From an uncultured Acidobacteriota bacterium (lineage in GTDB: Bacteria > Acidobacteriota > Vicinamibacteria > Fen-336), in contig CAYTWT010000257.1 in assembly GCA_964442185.1 (NCBI GenBank), forward strand, positions 97,979 to 161,978: DNA of 64,000 nt. Direction: 5' to 3'. Positions 52,131 to 61,962 of the stretch are shown one piece after another. The translations under genes and the position numbers were made by a program. Within the stretch, counting starts at the first letter, position 1, and each line of letters opens with the position of its first letter. The notes below the pieces were generated by a model. That model ran no database searches. It was not told the DNA's origin and was given only the letters and a program-made list of their open reading frames with translations.

Positions 52131-54139
52131 TCGGCGGTGCGCTGCTCAGCCTGGTTCTCGCCGCGGCTGGCGCGAGCGCCCCGGTCACCCGCCTCGACAA
52201 AATGGCGCGCCTGGCATCGCTCGAAGACCGGCGCACGGCGGGCGCTGGCGAACTCGAACGCCTGATCCGCGATCCCGACAAGGGCGTGCGGCGGCGTGCC
52301 GCGCTGGCGGCGGGGCGTATTGCCGATTCCGGCGTGGTTCCGGCTCTCGTCGACCTCATGAACGACCCGGATCCGGAGCTGCGGCAAATGGCGGCCTTCG
52401 GCCTGGGCCTGATCGGCGACCGGCAGGCCGTGCAGCGCCTCGTCGCGTCGCTCAAGGATGTCGACGCCGTCGTGCGCGCGCGTTCGGCCGAGGCCCTGGG
52501 CCGGATCGGCGATGTCCGCGCCGCGGGCGATGTCGTGCAAATGATCCTCGAGGCGATGCCGAAGGGCGCGGCCGTGGTGAGCGTGCGCGGCGACGATCCG
52601 GGCAACCCGTACGATCCCTGGCTGGAGTTACGGCTGGGGCTGTTTGCGCTGGCGCGGCTCAAGGACGCGAAGGCCGCCGAGGCCGCCTTGCTCTCGAACG
52701 GCCGCGCCCGCTTCGACTGGTGGGCGGCGGCCTTCACAGCGATGCGCCTCGAGAGCCCGCTGCTCCGGCCCGCGCTGCTCGCGGCAGCGGAGTCGGACGA
52801 TCGGCTGGCGCGCGCGTACGCCGCCCACGGACTCGGCGCGCTCAAGGACGCTTCGGCCATCGACACGCTCGCGACACTGGCGCGTGACCTTGATGAAACA
52901 GTGGTGGTGAATGCGCTCCGGGCGCTGACCACGATCGGCGACCCACGCGGCACGGCGATTGCTGCGTCCACACTGGCGTCGCCAAGCCTCACGATCAAGC
53001 GCGAGGCGCTCTTGGCGTTGGCCGCGCTGCCCCCCGATCGCGGCCTGCGCGGGCGTGTCGTTCCCTACGTCGGCCACGAGCAGGCCGTGATCCGCGCCGC
53101 GGCGCTCTCGGCGCTAGCCAGGATCGACCCTGACGAGTTCGCCCTGGTGCTCTCGGGCCTCGACCCCGACCCCGCTTGGTTCGTGCGCGGAGCCCTTGCC
53201 ACGGCGCTGGGCGAGCGCGCCGACGAGCAGAGCGTCGGGATCCTGTTTGGACTGCTGAAGGATTCCGACGTGCGGGTCCTGCCCTATGTTCTCGCGGCGA
53301 TGCGCAAGGCGCGCGGCAGCGACGCTGCCGAAACTCTCAAGGGTCATCTCGATCATCCAGACATGGCGGTGCGCACCGCAGCCATCGAGAACCTGGCCCA
53401 GTTGAAGATGCCGGGCGTGGGCGCCAGCCTGGTCGCGGCGCTCAAGGCGGGCGCCAGCGACCGCGAGATCGACGCGCGCGCGGCCGCCATTGCCGGCCTC
53501 GCCGAGCAGAAGGACGCTGCAGCCAAGGCCGCACTGCGCGAGGCGGCGGCGAGCGACCCCTCGCGCGTGCTGCGCGTGCAGGCGGGCGCAGCCCTCGTCG
53601 CCCTCGGCGAGACGCCTCCGGCGCCCGGTCCCGAGGACCTGCTGCGCCCGAGCCTCGACTACCGCGAGGCGATGGCCCCTTTCGACCCGCCGTCTGGCTC
53701 GACGCTCTACACGCCGCGCGCGATCCTCCACACGCGCAAGGGCAAGATCGAGATCCACCTCAATGTCGTCGAAGCGCCGCTCACCGCACAGAACTTCATC
53801 GACCTGGCGCGCCGTGGTTTCTACGACGGGCTCAGCTTCCATCGCGTGGTGCCGGGCTTCCTGGTCCAGGGTGGCTGCCCGCGCGGCGACGGCAACGGCG
53901 GGCCCGGGTACATGCTGCGTTGCGAGATCGGCGAAAGGCCCTATGGCCGCGCCGCCGTGGGCATGGCGCTCTCCGGGAAGGACACCGGCGGGAGCCAGTT
54001 CTTCATCACGCACGTGCCGACGCCGCACCTGGACGGCGGCTACACGCTCTTCGGGTGGGTGGCGAGCGGCATGGACGTCGTCGACCAGATTCAGCCCGGC
54101 GACACGATCGACAAGGTGGAGATCTGGGACGGGAGGTAG
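52127..54139 (+). CDS. Secreted HEAT-repeat (PBS-lyase type) protein fused to a C-terminal cyclophilin-type peptidyl-prolyl isomerase
   Basis: Signal-like MIGGALLSLVLAAAGASA, about 12 HEAT-like repeats (…GRIADSGVVPALVDLMNDPDPELRQMAAFGLG…), and a C-terminal cyclophilin (FHRVVPGFLVQGG...GSQFFIT). ATG 52127 overlaps the nth TGA (ATGA). Confidence 0.75.
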   Translation: MIGGALLSLVLAAAGASAPVTRLDKMARLASLEDRRTAGAGELERLIRDPDKGVRRRAALAAGRIADSGVVPALVDLMNDPDPELRQMAAFGLGLIGDRQAVQRLVASLKDVDAVVRARSAEALGRIGDVRAAGDVVQMILEAMPKGAAVVSVRGDDPGNPYDPWLELRLGLFALARLKDAKAAEAALLSNGRARFDWWAAAFTAMRLESPLLRPALLAAAESDDRLARAYAAHGLGALKDASAIDTLATLARDLDETVVVNALRALTTIGDPRGTAIAASTLASPSLTIKREALLALAALPPDRGLRGRVVPYVGHEQAVIRAAALSALARIDPDEFALVLSGLDPDPAWFVRGALATALGERADEQSVGILFGLLKDSDVRVLPYVLAAMRKARGSDAAETLKGHLDHPDMAVRTAAIENLAQLKMPGVGASLVAALKAGASDREIDARAAAIAGLAEQKDAAAKAALREAAASDPSRVLRVQAGAALVALGETPPAPGPEDLLRPSLDYREAMAPFDPPSGSTLYTPRAILHTRKGKIEIHLNVVEAPLTAQNFIDLARRGFYDGLSFHRVVPGFLVQGGCPRGDGNGGPGYMLRCEIGERPYGRAAVGMALSGKDTGGSQFFITHVPTPHLDGGYTLFGWVASGMDVVDQIQPGDTIDKVEIWDGR

Positions 54140-54966
54140 GCCCGTTCCAACTCCTAGCACTCGACATCGACGGCACGCTGCTCGGGCGCGACAAGCGGGT
54201 CTCGCCGCGCACGCGGGCAGCCCTGGTGGCGGCGCTCGCGCGTGACGTGCGCGTTCTGCTCGTGACCGGCCGCCGCCCCCCTGCCGCGCGTCAAGTGGCG
54301 GCGCAGATCGCGCCGGACCTGCCGATGGTGGCGAACAACGGCGGCCTGCTCATCGAGGCCGGCGCGATCATCCGCCGCCGCCCGTTGTCATGCGAGCTGG
54401 CACGCGAAGCCATAGCTGTGGGAAAGGCGTGCGCTGCGGATCCGGTCGTGCACTCCGGCCCGAATGGCGAGGGCCGGCTGCTCGTCGAGTCGGGGGCACT
54501 GGGCCACACGCTCCGCGCCTACTACATCGACACCTCGAACCCCGCGGTCGCGCAGTTCGAAGCGCTCGAGGCGGCTGTCGTCGAGGATGTGGTCCAGGTG
54601 ATGTTCGGCGGCGAGCTTGCCGCGATGGACGCGCTTTTACCCCAGCTACAGGCGGCGCTCGGAAGTTCCGTCAACATCGAGCGCACGGTCTATCCAGCGC
54701 TCGGCATCGGCCTCATCGACGTGATGGCGGCTGGTGTTGCGAAGAGCGAAGCGGTCAGCTTCTTCGAGAGGCGCTGGGGGATCCTGGCCTGCCGCACCCT
54801 CGCAATCGGTGACAACTGGAACGACCGGGGCATGCTCGAGCAGGCGGGGCTGGGCTTCGTCATGGGCAACGCCGACCCGGCCATGCATCGCCTGGGGCTG
54901 CCCGTGCTCCCCTCGAACGAGGACGACGGTGTCGCCATCGCCATCGAGGAACATGTTCTCAAATAA
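54139..54966 (+). CDS. Cof-type HAD-IIB phosphatase; start codon unresolved
   Basis: LALDIDGTLL...LLVTGRRP...GDNWNDRGMLEQAGLGFVMGNA. The frame is open upstream, but there is no ATG/GTG/TTG between the cyclophilin TAG (54137-39) and the DxD motif. Confidence 0.6.
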   Translation, partial: GPFQLLALDIDGTLLGRDKRVSPRTRAALVAALARDVRVLLVTGRRPPAARQVAAQIAPDLPMVANNGGLLIEAGAIIRRRPLSCELAREAIAVGKACAADPVVHSGPNGEGRLLVESGALGHTLRAYYIDTSNPAVAQFEALEAAVVEDVVQVMFGGELAAMDALLPQLQAALGSSVNIERTVYPALGIGLIDVMAAGVAKSEAVSFFERRWGILACRTLAIGDNWNDRGMLEQAGLGFVMGNADPAMHRLGLPVLPSNEDDGVAIAIEEHVLK

Positions 54967-54970
54967 AGAA

Positions 54971-54995
54971 GGGGGTGATTGCTCACCCCCTTTTC
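54971..54995. terminator. Rho-independent terminator hairpin, bidirectional
   Basis: GGGGGTGA-ttgc-TCACCCCC followed by TTTTC on the plus strand. The minus-strand reading is followed by TTCTTTATTT. It lies 5 nt after the TAA of the HAD gene. Confidence 0.8.
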
Positions 54996-55059
54996 GTGGG
55001 CTGACCTCGTTGCTGCTTTCTTCTTGGTGGCTGCTTCCGGCTAGCCACGAAAAGAATCA

Positions 55060-55086
55060 GGGGGGTGATCGGTCCACCCCCCTTTT
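55060..55086. terminator. Second GC-rich hairpin, possibly a bidirectional terminator
   Basis: GGGGGGTG-atcggtc-CACCCCCC followed by TTTT on the plus strand and by TGATTCTTTTCG on the minus strand. On the minus strand it starts about 12 nt after the micro-ORF stop. Confidence 0.7.
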
Positions 55087-55099
55087 CCCCGGGGCGATA

Positions 55100-55147
55100 C
55101 TACTTCTTCTTCTTCGCCGCCTTCTTCGCCTTCTTCTTCGCCGCCAT
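55100..55147 (-). CDS. Micro-ORF encoding MAAKKKAKKAAKKKK (15 aa) with a strong Shine-Dalgarno
   Basis: Base-by-base translation of the minus strand gives ATG GCG GCG (AAG)3 GCG (AAG)2 GCG GCG (AAG)4 TAG. AAAGGGGGGA lies 10 nt upstream of the ATG. Not in the ORF track because it is under 60 aa. Confidence 0.4.
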   Translation of the reverse strand: MAAKKKAKKAAKKKK

Positions 55148-55682
55148 GGTTGTTAATCCCCCCTTTCGGTCCAGGAATGGACGGAGATCTCGCCCCTCGA
55201 TCAACATCTCGGGTGACAAGGAGCCTTGCATACTACAGGTAGGGTAGGGAGCCCCCCGAACCTTGTCAAGTACTTTTTTCGGTCACAACAGCGGCATACC
55301 GCAGAAGGCGCGAGGCTTAGCCTGTGGACGCAGGTACGGAATCCGACTTCAGCCGCTCTGGGCGCTGTCGAAACGTATGTGCGCCTCAGGAAACGCCTGA
55401 CCCTGAAGCGCTTCAGGCCGATCGGCGCTACCCGGGCAGCGAGACCTCATTGCGCTTGGAGTAGAATACTACTTGGAATGCTTATGCTCGGCGGTGTCGC
55501 GCGCGCTGGCCGCTTGCGTTCTGCCTTCCGGCATAGCGCCAGCGCGGCCAGGTAGGCGGGCATCGGATCGTCGGGCGCTGCCGTGGCCAAGGCGGCGAGC
55601 TGTTCGAGCGGCGCGCTGAGATCTGCATCCGTGGTCCGCGCGCCGCTCCTGAGCGCCGCTGCGACGACGAACGCCCCGAGCA

Positions 55683-57930
<2,248 letters not shown>

Positions 57931-57990
57931 AGACTGCCCCGCTCTCGCGGCCTCGGACCCCTTTAACTTGAAGCTCCTGAAGAAGAACCT

Positions 57991-58323
57991 ATGTTCGACG
58001 CCCGCCTGATCCTGGCCCTCGGCGGCCCGCAAGCCTCCGGGGAGCAGAGCCCTTTCGCGAGCCTCATCTTGATGGGGCTGATTTTTGGCATCTTCTATTT
58101 CGTGCTCATCATGCCCATGCGCAACAAGCAGAAGAAGCTCGAAAACGTGATCCGGACCCTCAAGACCGGCGACAAGGTGATCGTGAGCCCGGGTATTTTC
58201 GCGGTCATCGTCGGCGTCGAGGACGACGCCTTCCAGGTGCGCATCGATGACAAGACTCGTATCAAGGTCCTGAAGAGCGCCATCGCCGGGCTCCAGGGCG
58301 CCACAGCAGCGGAGAGGAAGTAG
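57991..58323 (+). CDS. yajC: Preprotein translocase subunit YajC
   Basis: 110 aa with one TM helix and MRNKQKKLENVIRTLKTGDKVIVSPGIFA, typical of YajC. Confidence 0.85.
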   Translation: MFDARLILALGGPQASGEQSPFASLILMGLIFGIFYFVLIMPMRNKQKKLENVIRTLKTGDKVIVSPGIFAVIVGVEDDAFQVRIDDKTRIKVLKSAIAGLQGATAAERK

Positions 58324-58324
58324 C

Positions 58325-59971
58325 ATGCCGGAACCGCTTCAAAACCCCATCGTCCTCTGGTTCGCGCTGAGTGTCGCCCTGGCGGGGCTTGCCTACGCGT
58401 TCCTGCGTCGCGAGCTGCTCGTGAAGGGGACGCTCTACGGCTCGTTCCTGCTCGCCTGCCTGGTGGCGGCGTGGCCGCCCTACGAAACGCCGGAACAGCC
58501 GGGCAAGATCCGCCTCGGCCTCGACCTGCGCGGCGGGATCCACCTGGTGCTACAGGTGGTCACCGACGACGCGCTCAACGCGACCATCGATGACGCGGTC
58601 CAGACGACGCGCGACCAGACCAGCCGCAAGGGCATCGCCTTCGGATCCTGTCAGCGTATCGACGCCACGTCGTTCTCGCTCGAAGGCGTCGAGCCGGCCC
58701 GCGTCAAGGACGTGCGCGACCTGCTAAAGGACTACTTCCGCAGCGAGTGGGAGATCCGCGAACCCAGCGAGGGCCGCTTCCTCGTCAAGATGACCGATCC
58801 CTACGTCCGGCTCGTGAAGGACCGGACGGTGAAAGAGGCCATCAAGACCCTGGAGCGCCGCGTAAACCAGCTCGGTGTCGCCGAGCCGGTGATTGCCGAG
58901 CACGGCAGCTCGGGCGACCAGATCCTCGTGCAGCTGCCCGGGGTGACGGACGTCCAGCAGGCCAAGCGCGTCATCATCACGCTCGCGCAGCTCCAGCTCA
59001 AACTGGTCGAGGACCAGGCGCCGAGTCGCGAGGCGCTGCTCCAGAACTTCCAGGGCAAGCTGCCCGACAACATGGAAGTGGTCCAGGGCGCGGGCGACAC
59101 GCCAGGCCAGCCGGTCTTCTACCTGGTGCGGCGTGAGGCCGTGATCACCGGGCGTGATCTCAAGAACGCCCGCGCGGGCGTCGACCAGAGCAACCAGCCC
59201 GACGTCCAGTTCACTCTCAACCCCCAGGGCGCCGAGAAGTTCAAGCGCGAGACCGGGCGCAACATCGGCCGCCGCCTCGCGATCATTCTCGACGGCAGCG
59301 TCGCCTCGGCGCCGACCATCCAATCGCAGATCTCGCACGACGGCGTGATCACCGGCCGTTTCACGGCGCAGGAGGCCGACGAGCTTTCGAAGGTGTTGCG
59401 CGCCGGCGCCCTGCCGGCGACGCTTCGGTACTTGCAGGAGCTGACCGTGGGCGCTTCGCTCGGCAAGGACTCGATCCGCTCGGGCGTCCTCGCCTCCTCT
59501 GCAGCGATGGCCTTCATCACGATCTTCATGCTCGTCTATTACCGACTCTCCGGTCTCAACGCCGTCGTGGCCCTCGCGGCCAACCTGCTGATCCTGCTCG
59601 GCGCGATGGCCTACTCGGGGGCGACGCTCACGCTGCCCGGGATCGCCGGCATCATCCTTACGATCGGCGTGGGTGTGGACACCAACGTCCTCGTCTTCGA
59701 GCGCATCCGCGAGGAGCTGCGCAACGGCAAGACCGTTCGCGCCGCCATCACGAACGGCTTCGAGCGCGTCTGGATCACCATCCTCGACACTCACGCGACC
59801 GCGCTGATCGCCGCGGCCTTCCTGTTCCAGTTTGGCACGGGCCCGATCAAGGGCTTCGCCGTGACGCTGGTCTGGGGTCTCGTGGCCAACGTCTTCGCCT
59901 CGTACTTCGTCAGCCAGTTCCTCTTCGAGTGGGTGCTCGGCAAGCGCCACGTCGACAGCTTGAGCATCTAG
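58325..59971 (+). CDS. secD: Protein translocase subunit SecD
   Basis: 548 aa. Conserved SecD periplasmic domain plus a C-terminal 6-TM region (GLDLRGGIHLVLQV ...). Immediately follows yajC. Confidence 0.9.
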   Translation: MPEPLQNPIVLWFALSVALAGLAYAFLRRELLVKGTLYGSFLLACLVAAWPPYETPEQPGKIRLGLDLRGGIHLVLQVVTDDALNATIDDAVQTTRDQTSRKGIAFGSCQRIDATSFSLEGVEPARVKDVRDLLKDYFRSEWEIREPSEGRFLVKMTDPYVRLVKDRTVKEAIKTLERRVNQLGVAEPVIAEHGSSGDQILVQLPGVTDVQQAKRVIITLAQLQLKLVEDQAPSREALLQNFQGKLPDNMEVVQGAGDTPGQPVFYLVRREAVITGRDLKNARAGVDQSNQPDVQFTLNPQGAEKFKRETGRNIGRRLAIILDGSVASAPTIQSQISHDGVITGRFTAQEADELSKVLRAGALPATLRYLQELTVGASLGKDSIRSGVLASSAAMAFITIFMLVYYRLSGLNAVVALAANLLILLGAMAYSGATLTLPGIAGIILTIGVGVDTNVLVFERIREELRNGKTVRAAITNGFERVWITILDTHATALIAAAFLFQFGTGPIKGFAVTLVWGLVANVFASYFVSQFLFEWVLGKRHVDSLSI

Positions 59972-59980
59972 GTTAGGAAG

Positions 59981-60925
59981 ATGGAGATCCTCAAGAATCC
60001 GAACTTCGACTTTCTCGGCAAGACCCGCTACTTCGTGGCGGCGAGCCTCGCGATCATCCTGGGAGGCCTGCTTCTCATGTCGCGCCCCGGGGGCGTGCGC
60101 TATGGCGTCGAGTTCTCGGGCGGCACCCAGCTCGTCGTGAAGTTCCAGCAGGCCCCGGCGGTGGACCTGATCCGCACGGCGGTCGTGGCCCAGTCACAGG
60201 GTGCGACCATCCAGATCTACGACGATCCCAAGAAGAACCAGGTGCTGATCCGACTAGCCGAGACGGGCGAGCAGGAAATCACCCAGACGGCCGACAGGGT
60301 GCTCGCCTCCCTGCGCACCGCCTATGCCCAGAACCCGTTGATCGAGTCTTCGTCGGAGATCGTGGGCCCGATCGTGGGCGCGGAGCTGCGGCAGAAGGCC
60401 GTCCAGCTCACGGTCCTGGGCCTCGTCTTCCAGCTCGTCTACATCGCCATCCGCTTCAAGGGCGCGATCTGGGGCGCCGCGGCGACGGTTGCGGTGCTCC
60501 ACGACGTGCTCGTGACGCTCGCCTTCCTGGCGTTCTTCAAGTACGAGATCACGCTCAACGTGATCGCGGCGCTGCTCACGCTCGTCGGCTACAGCGTGAA
60601 CGACACGATCGTGATCTTCGACCGCGCGCGGGAGAACCTCCGCCAGAAGCGCAAGGACTCCCTGACCAAGATCCTCAACGACTCGCTCAACCAGACGCTC
60701 ACCCGAACCCTCATCTCCAATGGCACCACGTTCCTCTCGGTCCTGGGCCTCTACCTCTTCGGCGGCGAAGTGCTCCGCAGCTTCGGCTTCACGATGGTCA
60801 TCGGGATTCTCGTCGGCACCTACTCGACGGTCTACATCGCGAGCCCGATCGTGATCTGGTGGGGAGGCTACCGGAAGAAGACGGGCGGCGGCACGGGCGC
60901 CGCCGGCGCCAAGGCAGCACTGTAG
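59981..60925 (+). CDS. secF: Protein translocase subunit SecF
   Basis: 314 aa with SecF motifs (FDFLGKTRYF..., C-terminal TM bundle). 9 nt after secD. Confidence 0.9.
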   Translation: MEILKNPNFDFLGKTRYFVAASLAIILGGLLLMSRPGGVRYGVEFSGGTQLVVKFQQAPAVDLIRTAVVAQSQGATIQIYDDPKKNQVLIRLAETGEQEITQTADRVLASLRTAYAQNPLIESSSEIVGPIVGAELRQKAVQLTVLGLVFQLVYIAIRFKGAIWGAAATVAVLHDVLVTLAFLAFFKYEITLNVIAALLTLVGYSVNDTIVIFDRARENLRQKRKDSLTKILNDSLNQTLTRTLISNGTTFLSVLGLYLFGGEVLRSFGFTMVIGILVGTYSTVYIASPIVIWWGGYRKKTGGGTGAAGAKAAL

Positions 60926-61067
60926 CTCGAGGCTCGGTCCAAGGGACTCCCAGGGTGAACCGGGCAAGGGACTTGCTTACGCTCTCGTCCCGGGGCGGTT
61001 TGTGATCCAGAACGGAACCTCCCGAGGACACTTGGCGTCAGAGTCTGAGGGGGCGGGTGAGAAGAAG

Positions 61068-61865
61068 ATGGCGACAATGAGCGGCAGCGCGCCGCACTCC
61101 CTCGAAGACGACCTCTTCCGGGAGCTGGTCGTGTCCAACCCGGCCCCCAAGCGGGGCTGGTTTGGCGTGCGCGAGTCGCTCGCCGGGCACGCGGTCCTGA
61201 TCAGCCTGCTGGTGCTTGCGCCGATCCTGTGGCCGACACCCTCGCCCGACCATCCAGATTACATCCGCGCGCTGCTCTACGACCCGCCCCCGCCCCCGCC
61301 CCCGCCCCTCCCCAAGGGCTCAGCGATGGTCGAGAAGGCCCGGCCCGCGGAGCCGACGACGCCTGAGGTCAAGCCGCAGAAGCCGGATTTCACGGCTCCC
61401 ATCGAGCAGCCGAGAGACCAGGAGCTCAGGCCCGAGGCCAAGCTGCCGGAGACGGAGCAGGCCGGGAGTCCGAGCGGCAGCGACTTCGGTGTCGCCGACG
61501 GCATGGAGGACGGCGTCGAGGGCGGCGTCGTCGGAGGTGTGCCCGGCGGCGTTCTGGGTGGCGTGATCGGCGGCACGGGCGACGGGCCTGTCATGGACTA
61601 CGACCAAGCGCCGCGGCCCATCAAGATCACCAAGCCGCAGTACCCCCAGGAAGCCTTCGTCAAGAAGATCGAAGGGACCGTGATCGTCGAGATCCTGATC
61701 GACTCGACGGGCGCCGTGGTCCGGGCGCGCGTGACCCAGTCGATCCCGGCGCTCGACGCAGCCGCCCTCCAGACAGTGCGCGAATGGCGCTTCTCCCCGG
61801 CGATCAAGAACGGCCGCCCCGTCGCGACGATCGCCCAGGCCCCCGTGACGTTTCGGATCTTCTGA
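61068..61865 (+). CDS. TonB-family energy transducer (Pro-rich linker plus TonB C-terminal domain)
   Basis: TM anchor, PPPPPPPP linker, and C-terminal YPQEAFVKKIEGTVIVEILIDSTGAV...REWRFSPA. Start taken at ATG 61068, preceded by GAGGGGG. Confidence 0.75.
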   Translation: MATMSGSAPHSLEDDLFRELVVSNPAPKRGWFGVRESLAGHAVLISLLVLAPILWPTPSPDHPDYIRALLYDPPPPPPPPLPKGSAMVEKARPAEPTTPEVKPQKPDFTAPIEQPRDQELRPEAKLPETEQAGSPSGSDFGVADGMEDGVEGGVVGGVPGGVLGGVIGGTGDGPVMDYDQAPRPIKITKPQYPQEAFVKKIEGTVIVEILIDSTGAVVRARVTQSIPALDAAALQTVREWRFSPAIKNGRPVATIAQAPVTFRIF

Positions 61866-61962
61866 TCGGACCCCCGAAAACTCCGGCGCTGTCGCGAGGC
61901 GAGCGCTCCCGACGGAAGGGTCCAGCCTGCCCCGCCGAACCGGGAGTAAGAGCGAGCGGCTA

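Noticed and set aside
54996-55060. Minus-strand CCGGAAGCAGCCA, similar to the conserved SRP (4.5S/ffs) RNA motif GGAAGCAGCCA
   Set aside because: The match is only about 11 nt. The order relative to the GGUCAG-like segment is reversed compared with ffs. The GNRA tetraloop and conserved flanks cannot both be accommodated. The element lies between two terminators with no 5'/3' closing helix, so it is probably coincidental.
55065-55247. Plus-strand ORF with FFFFAAFFAFFFAA
   Set aside because: It is the antisense reading of the (AAG)n Lys micro-ORF (CTT repeats) and has no start context.
60926-61067. Direct 9-bp repeat CAAGGGACT (x2) between secF and the TonB gene
   Set aside because: Too short and isolated to call a repeat element. 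More likely a chance or simple regulatory sequence.
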